A DNA stretch of 64,000 bases from a virus (IMGVR_UViG_3300032205_000001:44218-108217), one strand, 5' to 3'; positions 1 through 7,905 are shown, counted from the stretch's first letter. The notes: generated from the letters alone by a model not told the origin. Numbers and translations are program-made.

Positions 1-57
1 AACCGCCTCAGCCTGTGGTGCAGTTGGTTATCGAACCGCCTCAGCCTGTGATGCGGT
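1..57 (+). repeat. 22-nt direct repeat (AACCGCCTCAGCCTGTGgTGC / ...GaTGC), 33-nt period
   Basis: Encodes an EPPQPV peptide repeat at the start of ORF 15..458. Confidence 0.5.
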
Positions 58-458
58 CCGAGCCGCTCGTTCAGATTCGTAAGAAGGCCGACATCTCGCC
101 CAATCCGACCGAGGTTGATCCCGACACTGCACGCAAGCTGCGAGTTCGTGTGCGGCTTGGCGGTGATGTCGATGCGGTTGCCAAGGTGAAGCGGCTGGAC
201 TGCGCCTTCTACGGTGCGTGCCTCGATCAGGCCATTGCGGGCTCGTGGGCTGGCTTCAGCTGCAACAGCTGCACGGCCTATGCGTTGCCCGACAAGGACG
301 AGAAAGAGAGCGACATGCTCGCTCTGAGGGCCATGGACAAGGCATCCGAGATGCTGCACGAGTACGGCAAGGTGATGCGCGTCCGTGGTGTGAAGCCCGG
401 CGCCGATGCCAAGCGTACTACCGAAGAAGAGACCGAGGATTTCGCCGAGGCGATGTAG
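15..458 (+). CDS. hypothetical protein (147 aa; may start upstream of the window)
   Basis: ORF track; the N-terminus is encoded by a 22-nt direct repeat (EPPQPV x2); followed by two hairpin terminators. Confidence 0.45.
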   Translation: MVQLVIEPPQPVMRSEPLVQIRKKADISPNPTEVDPDTARKLRVRVRLGGDVDAVAKVKRLDCAFYGACLDQAIAGSWAGFSCNSCTAYALPDKDEKESDMLALRAMDKASEMLHEYGKVMRVRGVKPGADAKRTTEEETEDFAEAM

Positions 459-467
459 AGCGGCAGC

Positions 468-503
468 GCGCAAGCGCTTGCGTTGGAAAACTCAAGAGTT
501 TTC
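468..503. terminator. tandem hairpins between convergent genes: CGCAAGCGCTTGCG palindrome plus GGAAAACTC-AA-GAGTTTTC
   Basis: Perfect inverted repeats. Confidence 0.55.
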
Positions 504-591
504 TAAACAACAGAAGGTCCCGCCGACCTGAGCCTGCTGAACACAACGACGGAATTGCCTTTGTGAGCCCAAGCCGACGGGACATCCCATC

Positions 592-1002
592 CTAGCTACA
601 ATCGATGGGGGTGTACATTCCAGACGAGTAGCGCCCGGACTGATACTCCACGCTCTTGCGCGGCATGGCCACGAGCCGCTCTTCACCGAATTCGCCTTGC
701 ATCTTGCCGATTTCGATGACGTAACCGTAGTCATAGGACTGCGGAGCGCGCGTGCGCAGAAGCTTGTAATCCGCCGTGATGTCTTCGATGAGGTGCGGCG
801 GGTCACCCACAAGCGAGCGCAGATACTGCTCTGCCACGAAGAATTTGGCGCTCGTCGTCGATAGAGGCGGCGAGATGTAGAACCCATCACGACGAGCAAG
901 GTCGCCAGCTTCATCGTAGAACCGACGAGCCGCATCGCTGCTACGTTCGATGAGAGCATCGAATTGCTTGATTGGAATCTTGAATTGGACGATTCGGAAC
1001 AT
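592..1002 (-). CDS. hypothetical protein (136 aa)
   Basis: ORF track; start codon abuts the divergent cassette at 1000-1073; convergent with the 15..458 gene over shared hairpins. Confidence 0.5.
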   Translation of the reverse strand: MFRIVQFKIPIKQFDALIERSSDAARRFYDEAGDLARRDGFYISPPLSTTSAKFFVAEQYLRSLVGDPPHLIEDITADYKLLRTRAPQSYDYGYVIEIGKMQGEFGEERLVAMPRKSVEYQSGRYSSGMYTPIDCS

Positions 1003-1073
1003 GCTCTTACTACCGTCGGCGTGGCCAACGATTTCACGAAAGATTTGAGGTTTGCGGTTGTAGTGAGAGCATG
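1000..1073. promoter_or_regulatory. divergent promoter/operator cassette, copy 1 (CAT-N6-ACTAC...TTCACGAAAGA...GGTTGTAGT-N6-ATG)
   Basis: Shared architecture with copies at 2158, 2806, 3667, 5143, 7234, 8574 and 9478. Confidence 0.5.
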
Positions 1074-1328
1074 CCCAGAACCCTCAAAGAACTTGCGAAG
1101 GAAGCGCTCGATGTCCAGGATGCCTGCAACCTATCGGGTGTGGCCCATGGGTTTGCTCGGGCGATGACAGACCTCGGCGAGCACACGAACGGCACGGACG
1201 CACGCAACAAGCATCCCGTGGCCGTGCTTTGGGCGGATAAGATCGCTCATCTCACGGGCACGCAAGACCTCGGCAACGACGTCACGACGAAGGCCTACTC
1301 GTGGGCCTACGATCTGCTCAAGACCTAG
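1071..1328 (+). CDS. hypothetical protein (85 aa)
   Basis: ATG 6 nt after the GGTTGTAGT cassette half-site; ends before the palindrome at 1393-1413. Confidence 0.45.
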   Translation: MPRTLKELAKEALDVQDACNLSGVAHGFARAMTDLGEHTNGTDARNKHPVAVLWADKIAHLTGTQDLGNDVTTKAYSWAYDLLKT

Positions 1329-1392
1329 ACTTGTGGTCGCCGTGTCTTCGGCGGGCAATCGGGCCACAGAGGTGACCCGGCCACTCATATAA

Positions 1393-1413
1393 GAGAAAAC
1401 TCCAGAGTTTTCC
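1393..1413. terminator. GAGAAAACTC-CA-GAGTTTTCC palindromic hairpin
   Basis: Between convergent genes 1071..1328 (+) and 1543..2160 (-). Confidence 0.55.
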
Positions 1414-1542
1414 GTTTAGGTTCCTGAGGAGTGGTAGCCCTCCTCAGGTTCAAATCGCTGGCCACCCAACGGCGTGTGATGTGCAGCGCTTTGCTATGCA
1501 CACGCTCACAGAGCCCGGTTTTATCACCCGGGGCACGTCAAC

Positions 1543-2160
1543 TTAGGCGGCGTCGCCTTTCGACCACTGGCGAAGCTCGCCGAGCCGCTCACGCTTGCGA
1601 ACCGTCCAACCTTCGAGGATACGGCACGACTCCTCGCAGGCCGAGATGATAGCCAAATCCTTTTCGGACTTGCCCCGGCCGCTCATCTTCGGCAGGTCGC
1701 AGAAGTGAACCGGGGGCCAGTAGCCGAGCGCGATGAATGCCTCGGCGATTTCCCACGAAAGGTCCATCCCTCCGCCCGTGAGTGCGATTCCGGTTTCGCC
1801 GTCGTCGAACTCGACCACGCACAGAGGCAAGTGCGCCAGCTTGAGCGCAGCCTCGGCGCAGTCGTCGATACGCACGGGGTACCAGTACGACATCATCGGG
1901 CCCTCGGGATACATCGTACCCCGGCACGTGTTCGGGACTTCGAGCGTTTCGCCGTCGATTTCCTCTTCGACGTCCGCGAGCATGTCACGGCACTCGCACT
2001 CACCGAAGGACGAGCACACCACGGTGCGCTTGCACTCGGGGCACTCGAACGCTTCGAACACCTGGTAACCGTCGCAGTTCTCGCCGATGCGCTCCTGCCA
2101 GTCGATGGTCTGGGGCTTCATCTCCACCGCATCACAGTTCAGTCGGTCGATGTTCAGCAT
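1543..2160 (-). CDS. Cys-rich hypothetical protein (205 aa, begins MLNIDRL)
   Basis: The track ORF 1543..2250 is trimmed to the ATG at 2160 that abuts the cassette (CAT-N6-ACTACAA); CxxC pairs present. Confidence 0.5.
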   Translation of the reverse strand: MLNIDRLNCDAVEMKPQTIDWQERIGENCDGYQVFEAFECPECKRTVVCSSFGECECRDMLADVEEEIDGETLEVPNTCRGTMYPEGPMMSYWYPVRIDDCAEAALKLAHLPLCVVEFDDGETGIALTGGGMDLSWEIAEAFIALGYWPPVHFCDLPKMSGRGKSEKDLAIISACEESCRILEGWTVRKRERLGELRQWSKGDAA

Positions 2161-2222
2161 GGTTTGACTACAATCCTCGTTGGTGCGTTTTTCAGAAAAA
2201 CAGAGGTTCGATGGTTGTAGTG
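2158..2222. promoter_or_regulatory. divergent cassette, copy 2; the right half drives the tRNA-like element
   Basis: GACTACAAtcc...TTTTCAGAAAAA...GGTTGTAGTG. Confidence 0.5.
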
Positions 2223-2264
2223 TGGGTGTGGCTTGGTGCGTACGAGGCATCAGCCCTCTCGAAG

Positions 2265-2332
2265 TAGTAGACGCTGGCTGGCGTTGAATCTGACAGAGGC
2301 CTCGTATCAGGGTTCGATTCCCTGCTTACTAT
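2265..2332 (+). ncRNA. tRNA-like non-coding element (acceptor-like stem plus perfect T-arm CAGGG-TTCGATT-CCCTG); not a canonical tRNA
   Basis: GGTTCGATTCC T-loop with a 5-bp T-stem; a 6/7-bp acceptor-like pairing TAGTAGA/CTTACTA; no anticodon or D arm can be folded; driven by the right half of the cassette at 2158-2222 and ended by the palindrome at 2334-2352. Confidence 0.25.
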
Positions 2333-2333
2333 A

Positions 2334-2352
2334 GAAAACTCAAGAGTTTTCC
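2334..2352. terminator. GAAAACTC-AA-GAGTTTTCC palindromic hairpin
   Basis: Ends the tRNA-like transcript and the 3' end of the leftward gene 2362..2808. Confidence 0.5.
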
Positions 2353-2361
2353 ACTAAGGGC

Positions 2362-2808
2362 TCACGCCCACGCGATGAGCCTGTCGCCAGCCTTCTCGCA
2401 GACCTTGAGCATCTGCTCGGTGATTTGCCGAAGGCGGCCATCGGGGCGGCCACCCATGATCACGCGCGGACCCGTGGGGCCCTTGAAGTCCTCGAACGAA
2501 GTACCGGCATCATGGTTGCGCGCTTCGTTCCAGAGGCGACGACGGCACAGAGCCGCTAGCTCGGTGGCCTTGATTTGGCCCATGGGCGCAGAGACGAGCC
2601 CAACCCAACGCATCCAATCACCTGCATTCTGACTGTGCAGGTTGACCGAAACGTCCGTGCAGTTCTCGCACGTGAACATCTCGGGCGAGTCCTCACCCTT
2701 TTCCGAAGCGATGTCACAGGCATCGCACCAGCGTTCGCTGCAATCACAGCGATACACGTAGCGCGTTCCACCCTCGACCTCGACTGCGATGTAGAAGTCC
2801 ACGCTCAT
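2362..2808 (-). CDS. Cys-rich hypothetical protein (148 aa)
   Basis: The long track ORF 2362..3396 is trimmed to Met197 (ATG at 2808) directly adjoining the cassette at 2806-2880. Confidence 0.5.
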   Translation of the reverse strand: MSVDFYIAVEVEGGTRYVYRCDCSERWCDACDIASEKGEDSPEMFTCENCTDVSVNLHSQNAGDWMRWVGLVSAPMGQIKATELAALCRRRLWNEARNHDAGTSFEDFKGPTGPRVIMGGRPDGRLRQITEQMLKVCEKAGDRLIAWA

Positions 2809-2880
2809 GCTCGTACTACAAGGAACGAATCTCGGATTTTCAGAGAAAATGCAGGCTGCCTCGGTTGTAGTGCAGGCATG
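2806..2880. promoter_or_regulatory. divergent cassette, copy 3
   Basis: CAT-gctcgt-ACTACAAgg...TTTTCAGAGAAAA...GGTTGTAGT-gcaggc-ATG. Confidence 0.55.
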
Positions 2881-3441
2881 GGCGTCTACATCTACACGAT
2901 GCGCACGAAGACCCTGCCACTCAACGTGCTTGGCACGGGAACGGTCCAGGCGAACCTCTATAGCTTCGCCTACCGTTACACGAGCTATTGGAAGGGAGAC
3001 AGGGGATACAACAGCTACAACCTGATGTGCAGCAACGCTCATCGTCATGCACACGATGCGTTCGCCAAAGATCGGAGCGGCTACGTCATCGTGGGTGACC
3101 TCGACGATGGGAAGCTGAAGCTGGAAGGGCACAACGTCTACAGGAACGTGCGGGAAGCCATCTGGACGGATACAGAGCGCTTTCCCGGTGAACTCGTGGG
3201 ATGGGTCGGGGTGCAAGGAAAAGGCTTGTACCTCGCAAAGCAGACGCCATGGCGCAACGTGCAGACGCTCGAAGGAGACACGTGGATTGCCAAGCGCCAG
3301 CGCAGTGTGATGGATGCGCTCGGACAGGTGACGATCGAGGAGATCGTCGGCGATGATGTTCGGCGTGTGTGCCATTGCTGCGAGAACAATCCACACACCG
3401 AAGGCTGCCCATACAAAGAGTATCTCAACCTGCGGGCGTAG
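2878..3441 (+). CDS. hypothetical protein (187 aa)
   Basis: In frame with track ORF 2575..3441; ATG at 2878 lies 6 nt after GGTTGTAGT; TAG stop, then hairpin 3431-3448 and palindrome 3451-3469. Confidence 0.5.
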   Translation: MGVYIYTMRTKTLPLNVLGTGTVQANLYSFAYRYTSYWKGDRGYNSYNLMCSNAHRHAHDAFAKDRSGYVIVGDLDDGKLKLEGHNVYRNVREAIWTDTERFPGELVGWVGVQGKGLYLAKQTPWRNVQTLEGDTWIAKRQRSVMDALGQVTIEEIVGDDVRRVCHCCENNPHTEGCPYKEYLNLRA

Positions 3442-3469
3442 CCCCGCAAGGGAAAACTCAAGAGTTTTC
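3431..3469. terminator. TGCGGGC-gta-GCCCCGCA hairpin plus GGAAAACTC-AA-GAGTTTTC
   Basis: Between convergent genes. Confidence 0.55.
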
Positions 3470-3480
3470 TACTGCATGCC

Positions 3481-3669
3481 CTAGCGGGCGGTGAACTCAC
3501 CACTCGCTACTTCGGGTGCTGTACGGATGACAGGCTCCGGCATCTCGCCGTCCCATCCCAGATACAGCTGCGCCGCAATCACCAACATGCGAGGCTGCTC
3601 GGTAACCGGCTGCTCGTATGCCAGAAGGTTGGCAACGCGGCGAACATCCTGATTGAATGTGTCCAGCAT
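3481..3669 (-). CDS. hypothetical protein (62 aa)
   Basis: ORF track; start abuts the cassette at 3667-3741. Confidence 0.35.
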   Translation of the reverse strand: MLDTFNQDVRRVANLLAYEQPVTEQPRMLVIAAQLYLGWDGEMPEPVIRTAPEVASGEFTAR

Positions 3670-3741
3670 GGTTCTACTACCGAAGAGAATCCTCTGAATT
3701 TCAGTGAAAAGCCAACGCCCCTAACCTGTAGTGAAGGCATG
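3667..3741. promoter_or_regulatory. divergent cassette, copy 4
   Basis: ACTACcg...AATTTCAGTGAAAA...TGTAGTgaaggcATG. Confidence 0.5.
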
Positions 3742-4158
3742 AGCAACGAAACCCAACAGCCGAAACTGATCAACATCCTGTCCATCGACGCGTGGGCCGA
3801 CGGTGAGGACGGTTGGAACTGGAACATGTGGACGAAGGTCGGCACGTGCGACGTGTCCCTCTGCGACAAGCCCGAGGCTGAAATCCTCGCGTTTCTCGTG
3901 GCGTGGGATTTCCTCACGGAGAAAGCGCTGACCTCGTGCTACGTCGAAGATGATCAGTACAACATGGTCATCTGCGACAAGGAAACGCATCAGCCCCTTT
4001 TCGCGTTGGAGTACGGCGCACTTCAGGATGTGCCCGATAACCAGCCTCCTCCGGGCTCGTGGGCTGATGTGGCTCGGATGATGGCAGCTACCAGCGACGA
4101 TCCCTCGATCGACTGGGATGCGTGGAAAGATGAGATGAAAGAATCTGACCTGGATTAA
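3739..4158 (+). CDS. acidic hypothetical protein (139 aa)
   Basis: ORF track; cassette-driven; followed by a 10-bp hairpin at 4164-4186. Confidence 0.5.
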   Translation: MSNETQQPKLINILSIDAWADGEDGWNWNMWTKVGTCDVSLCDKPEAEILAFLVAWDFLTEKALTSCYVEDDQYNMVICDKETHQPLFALEYGALQDVPDNQPPPGSWADVARMMAATSDDPSIDWDAWKDEMKESDLD

Positions 4159-4163
4159 CCAAG

Positions 4164-4245
4164 GAATCTCACAGCTTGTGAGATTCTTACGATTGCCCGT
4201 GAGTTTTCCTTGGTGCGCCGACATATAAGCCGGTCGCCGGCTAAA
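4164..4245. terminator. 10-bp hairpin GAATCTCACA-gct-TGTGAGATTC, an orphan GAGTTTTCC half-site (4201-4209) and a GCCGG-tcg-CCGGC hairpin
   Basis: Between convergent genes 3739..4158 and 4251..4817. Confidence 0.5.
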
Positions 4246-4250
4246 ACCCG

Positions 4251-4817
4251 CTAGCCTCGGTTGGCCCACGCCGCTTCGAGCGCCTCGTGATACTTCGGGT
4301 CGACGTGCTCTTTCATGCCCTGAAGGTCATCGCCGAAGAAACCAAAGCACGAATCTTCGTGCTCCTCTTCGTGGACCTTCGAGCCACACTCGCCGCAATC
4401 GTGCGTTGACTCGATGGTGAATCCCCACACGTTGCCCGTGAGGAAATCATCGTAGATTTTTACTTCGCTCTTGAGCACAGCCTCGGCAGTCTCGCGAATC
4501 TTCTTTGTGATGCGCTTGACCATGTAGCACTTACGAATCGCCTCGGGCGTGGCCACGATGTAGCCGACCTGCCCTGAATCCCACGGGCAACCAAACGAGC
4601 CCGTGCTCATGGTGATGCCCGAGTGATCGTAGAGATACAGAGGGAGCACGATGCTGCCCTTGGGCGCATTCTCCTTCAGCCACTCTTGCGGGTCTTGCTT
4701 GGGCTGCACGTCACCGAGGTTATAGCGACGGTGCCAGCAAGCCATCACGCCGAGGTTATCCCATTCGCGTGGTGAGCCAGGGTCGGTGTCTTGAATGACT
4801 TTGACGATGATGCTCAT
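4251..4817 (-). CDS. hypothetical protein (188 aa)
   Basis: ORF track; start abuts a half cassette at 4815-4860. Confidence 0.5.
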   Translation of the reverse strand: MSIIVKVIQDTDPGSPREWDNLGVMACWHRRYNLGDVQPKQDPQEWLKENAPKGSIVLPLYLYDHSGITMSTGSFGCPWDSGQVGYIVATPEAIRKCYMVKRITKKIRETAEAVLKSEVKIYDDFLTGNVWGFTIESTHDCGECGSKVHEEEHEDSCFGFFGDDLQGMKEHVDPKYHEALEAAWANRG

Positions 4818-4860
4818 GGTCGTACTACAACTAGCCGAGGTTTGTTTTTCAGGATTTCTG
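4815..4860 (-). promoter_or_regulatory. half cassette (left half plus centre) upstream of gene 4251..4817
   Basis: CAT-ggtcgt-ACTACAAct...TTTTTCAGGATTTC; no right half, palindrome 4879-4899 follows. Confidence 0.45.
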
Positions 4861-4878
4861 AGGTTTGCTGCACACGAA

Positions 4879-4899
4879 TAGAAAACTCAAGAGTTTTCC
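4879..4899. terminator. GAAAACTC-AA-GAGTTTTCC hairpin downstream of the hicA-like gene
   Basis: Perfect inverted repeat. Confidence 0.5.
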
Positions 4900-4935
4900 G
4901 TTCTCTGGACTGGGGCTGCTGAGGACCCCTAGCCT

Positions 4936-5145
4936 CTAGGCAGCGAGGATTGTCTTCAGCATGCGCCGTGCGACGTTACGGCCCATGCGCTTGCCCCCTG
5001 GGATGGTGATCGTCGGCGAGCCCGGTTTGCTCATGACGATGTGAGAACCCTTGCCCCGACCGGGGAGCACTTCGTAGCCGTTCTCTTTTGCGAGATCGAC
5101 TAGATCCCTCGGTGTTGCCGTGTGGACTGAGATCGTTTTGCTCAT
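4936..5145 (-). CDS. HicA-like (YcfA family) putative mRNA-interferase toxin domain protein (69 aa)
   Basis: KGSH..PG..TIP..G..R.ILK pattern typical of the HicA fold; the start abuts the cassette at 5143-5216; no HicB-like partner seen. Confidence 0.45.
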   Translation of the reverse strand: MSKTISVHTATPRDLVDLAKENGYEVLPGRGKGSHIVMSKPGSPTITIPGGKRMGRNVARRMLKTILAA

Positions 5146-5216
5146 GCTCGCACTACAAGATCTCAGCTCGTCGTTTTCATGAAAAACAAAGCGTGCGAGG
5201 TTGTAGTCGAGACATG
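5143..5216. promoter_or_regulatory. divergent cassette, copy 6 (hicA-like gene on the left, 266-aa gene on the right)
   Basis: CAT-gctcgc-ACTACAAga...TTTTCATGAAAAA...GGTTGTAGT-cgagac-ATG. Confidence 0.55.
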
Positions 5217-6014
5217 CTGAATCGAACCATTGCCGGAATGCTCAAAGAGAACACGGGCTCGCATTTCCTCGATTCGGGGAGCGCGTACGGTCGCAATCAC
5301 GAGCGTAACCAGAAACGCACGTTCGAGAATGAGCCGGAGGCAACGGTCGATTTCAAGTATGGGGTTGAGGTGACGATCAACGTCTACCATTTCCTCAAGG
5401 ATCGGCTCACGCTTTCCACGGCGATGGATCGCAAGTTTCAGCGGTTCTGTAACCGCAAGGAGCACGCGAGCGAGACCTACTTTTCTCTCATCGATACGTG
5501 GCTCGCTACGTTCGATGAGGTTAGCGGCCTGTACGGCGAAGGTTCGCCGATGACCGTCAATACCTACAACGGCGAAGATCTGCTTTCCCAGGTCATTCAG
5601 TACACGCTGTTTCGCATCGATGACACCGATTACGTGGCTCTCATGATCCACGGTGGGTGCGATGTCCGTGGTGGCTACACTCGCCCGCGCATCTTCGAAG
5701 TGAACGGCGATGCTGCATGCATGTTCGATAACGCTCGTGCGTCGATCTACTGCACGCGCACGGGCAAGGTTCCCGGCCTGTTTGGTGAGATGGATGCGTG
5801 CGGTGCGTACTGGGACACGGAAAACGGCCACTCGTGGCACCGTGAAGGCAACTACGCCAGCGCTGGCGGTACGCAGCTTCAGGACTACGATCGCACCGAA
5901 GAGGAAAAGGGCGAGACCTGGGAAGCGGGCAAGCTTCACGTCCTGAAGGATGGATCGGCGCTTTGTCCGTGCTGCGGTGCGGCATTGGGCGTGAGCCACA
6001 TGGGCGGATACTGA
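5214..6014 (+). CDS. hypothetical protein (266 aa, begins MLNRTIAG, C-terminal CPCCG)
   Basis: In frame with track ORF 5088..6014 (Met43); ATG lies 6 nt after GGTTGTAGT of the cassette. Confidence 0.5.
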   Translation: MLNRTIAGMLKENTGSHFLDSGSAYGRNHERNQKRTFENEPEATVDFKYGVEVTINVYHFLKDRLTLSTAMDRKFQRFCNRKEHASETYFSLIDTWLATFDEVSGLYGEGSPMTVNTYNGEDLLSQVIQYTLFRIDDTDYVALMIHGGCDVRGGYTRPRIFEVNGDAACMFDNARASIYCTRTGKVPGLFGEMDACGAYWDTENGHSWHREGNYASAGGTQLQDYDRTEEEKGETWEAGKLHVLKDGSALCPCCGAALGVSHMGGY

Positions 6015-6093
6015 AACCTCCAAAGTTCCGAGGATTGTAGTTCTCGGATATTCCTTGGAATTTCAGAAAAGCGCAGCATCGGTGCGTATTTAG

Positions 6094-6131
6094 TTGACTT
6101 TGACAATGCGCTCTGATAGGTTGTGTACATG
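6094..6131 (+). promoter_or_regulatory. sigma-70-type leaderless promoter of the sigma-factor gene (TTGACT-N17-TAGGTT-N6-ATG) with an overlapping TTGACAAT box
   Basis: Same hexamer-N6-start geometry as seven other sites in the window. Confidence 0.45.
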
Positions 6132-6650
6132 CTGAATACGACGCACCAAGAAATCCTCGGGCTCCGCAACGAAATCCGCCGTGTGGTGGCGATGGTGTTG
6201 CGCACGTCGCGCTACTTCGCCGATGACCACATCGAAGAGTGCATGTCCGACGTCATGCTCCAGGCTTTCGACTACGGTGCGCGTACGTTCGATCCGAGCA
6301 AAGGCTCGGCGAAGTCTCATTTCACCACGTTCGCTAAGCACCGTGCCAAGAATTGGCTCAACCGGGCGTGCCGTCGGTTCGAAGTAGCCGACGAGTCTAC
6401 TACCGAGGACGGGGAGACTGTTTCTCACACGGCGAGCGTGCCGGCCGATGGAAACCCGGCGCTATCCCTCATGGCATCGCAAGAGCGTGCCCGGGTGCTC
6501 GCCGCAGTCGAGACCCTAGAAGACCGTGAGCGTGCGCTCGTACATGCGTTCCTTCGGCTGGGCTCGTGGATGCTCGCCGCAAAGGAAATCGGCGTTTCGC
6601 CGGCTACGGCTAGCCGAATGAAGGCCGATATCGTGGCGAAGCTTCGCTAG
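6129..6650 (+). CDS. ECF-like sigma-70 family sigma factor (region 2 + region 4 HTH)
   Basis: HFTTFAKHRAKNWLNR (region 2.x) and ERALVHAFLRLGSWMLAAKEIGVSPATASRMKADIVAKLR (region 4); TTGACT-N17-TAGGTT-N6-ATG promoter at 6094-6131. Confidence 0.7.
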   Translation: MLNTTHQEILGLRNEIRRVVAMVLRTSRYFADDHIEECMSDVMLQAFDYGARTFDPSKGSAKSHFTTFAKHRAKNWLNRACRRFEVADESTTEDGETVSHTASVPADGNPALSLMASQERARVLAAVETLEDRERALVHAFLRLGSWMLAAKEIGVSPATASRMKADIVAKLR

Positions 6651-6658
6651 GTAGGTCG

Positions 6659-6729
6659 GGCGCGCAAGCGCTTGCGCCGCTCACGGCCAACAGAAAACTC
6701 TTATTGAATGGGTCTAAGGGGAGTTTTCC
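6659..6729. terminator. GCGCAAGCGCTTGCGC palindrome plus split GAAAACTC-N20-GAGTTTTCC
   Basis: Between convergent genes 6129..6650 and 6739..7236. Confidence 0.5.
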
Positions 6730-6738
6730 CTTAGGGGC

Positions 6739-7236
6739 TCACAGCCCGAACGCTGCATCATCGAAGGTGCATTGCGAGCACTCGATGTCCGGGATTTCGA
6801 TCTCGAAGTCCCCGTGATCATCGAACCACGAGACACCGTGGCCCATGGCCTGCATTGCGAGGTAGTGGCCGAATTCCTCGGCGTCGAACCCATCCCGATC
6901 ACACTTCGCGCACTTGCTCTTGTGCTCGACGTCGGCTTGCTCGGCACGCTCGGCGAGCACATACACACTGACCTTGTTTGCCGCTTCCAGAGCGGCCCAC
7001 AGTTCGCCAGCGAGCGCGAAAGCAGCCGGCGGGGTCTGGGGTGCGTAGTCACTCCAATTCTCGCCAGCGCCCGGCCTAGGAAGGCTCAAGCGAGCCTTAC
7101 GCTCTGCCTTGGTTAGCTCGTTATCGGTCGAATGACCCTCTTCGACGAAATCGGCGTAAGCCGAAACGAAGAAAGCCTTCGCCGCAGCGAGTAGGAATTC
7201 ATCCTTGAAGATCGAGCTAGAGCCGATGTTCGTCAT
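6739..7236 (-). CDS. hypothetical protein (165 aa, acidic, CxxC pairs)
   Basis: Track ORF 6739..7527 trimmed to Met98 (ATG 7236) abutting the cassette at 7234-7308. Confidence 0.45.
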   Translation of the reverse strand: MTNIGSSSIFKDEFLLAAAKAFFVSAYADFVEEGHSTDNELTKAERKARLSLPRPGAGENWSDYAPQTPPAAFALAGELWAALEAANKVSVYVLAERAEQADVEHKSKCAKCDRDGFDAEEFGHYLAMQAMGHGVSWFDDHGDFEIEIPDIECSQCTFDDAAFGL

Positions 7237-7308
7237 GTTCGTACTACAACCATCGTGCGATTCGTTTTCTCTGAAAATTAGAGGATTGATGCTTGTAGTA
7301 CTGACATG
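7234..7308. promoter_or_regulatory. divergent cassette, copy 8
   Basis: CAT-gttcgt-ACTACAAcc...TTTTCTCTGAAAAT...TTGTAGTAC-tgac-ATG. Confidence 0.55.
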
Positions 7309-7599
7309 AGCAAAGCTGACGAACACATCCAGTACCATCTCACCATCCCCACGGGTCACATCCGACTCTTCACGATCCTCAGCGGCCTCAAGCTGGAGAT
7401 CAAGTTCCCGGGCATGCGCATGACCCGCAAGGCCCCGAAGTGCAGCACGATCCTCCGCCAGGAGTTCGGCCTCAGCGGCAAGCCGCAAAAGCTGTACGAT
7501 CAGTTCCTGGGGCTGCTCGTGAAGCATGGCGTGCCGCTCCCCGGCGAATACGTCAACCCCACGCCGCCGGCACCGACGACCGAGCCCGAGGTGAACTGA
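7306..7599 (+). CDS. hypothetical protein (97 aa)
   Basis: ORF track; cassette-driven; ends before the palindrome at 7631-7657. Confidence 0.4.
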   Translation: MSKADEHIQYHLTIPTGHIRLFTILSGLKLEIKFPGMRMTRKAPKCSTILRQEFGLSGKPQKLYDQFLGLLVKHGVPLPGEYVNPTPPAPTTEPEVN

Positions 7600-7630
7600 G
7601 AGCCCGGCGCTCCGGCGCCACCGGCCAACA

Positions 7631-7672
7631 GAAAACTCTTATGGCCTAGAGTTTTCCTCTATTGGCCTTGCG
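7631..7672. terminator. GAAAACTCT-tatggcct-AGAGTTTTCC hairpin plus GGCC-ttgc-GGCC
   Basis: Between convergent genes; GGCCTTGCGGCC recurs at 11357-11368. Confidence 0.5.
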
Positions 7673-7681
7673 GCCTGCTCC

Positions 7682-7864
7682 TTACTCGTCCCAGTAGTGG
7701 CGCGTTGCCGCGTCGTACTCCTGGTCAAGCTCGTGCTCGTCGAGGAGTTCAGCCTGCACGTTGCGAGCGCCACCCCTGGGCTGATTGCGGTGACGCATGT
7801 AACCGGCGTTGCGGTGCTGTGCCGCTACTGCAACCCCGGACCGTTTGTTGATGTATTTCGCCAT
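7682..7864 (-). CDS. hypothetical protein (60 aa)
   Basis: ORF track; start abuts a half cassette at 7862-7905. Confidence 0.35.
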   Translation of the reverse strand: MAKYINKRSGVAVAAQHRNAGYMRHRNQPRGGARNVQAELLDEHELDQEYDAATRHYWDE

Positions 7865-7905
7865 GGTGACACTACAACCGTGCGCATTGGGTTTTTCAGT
7901 CTACC
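7862..7905 (-). promoter_or_regulatory. half cassette upstream of gene 7682..7864
   Basis: CAT-ggtgac-ACTACAAcc...TTTTTCAGTCTACC. Confidence 0.4.

Noticed and set aside
2265-2332. Canonical tRNA gene
   Set aside because: A perfect T-arm and a 6/7 acceptor pairing exist. However, no 5-bp anticodon stem with a 7-nt loop or D-arm can be drawn in the intervening 36 nt. It is kept only as a tRNA-like element.
1543-3396. Long track ORFs 1543..2250, 2362..3396 and 6739..7527 as full-length genes
   Set aside because: Each runs through a conserved divergent cassette and over the neighbouring gene. An internal ATG placed exactly at the CAT-N6-ACTACAA position matches all other cassettes, so the ORFs were trimmed to 2160, 2808 and 7236.
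4936-6014. hicAB toxin-antitoxin pair
   Set aside because: Only a HicA-like fold is present. The divergent partner (266 aa) has no HicB-like RNase-H plus RHH features, so no canonical pair is called.
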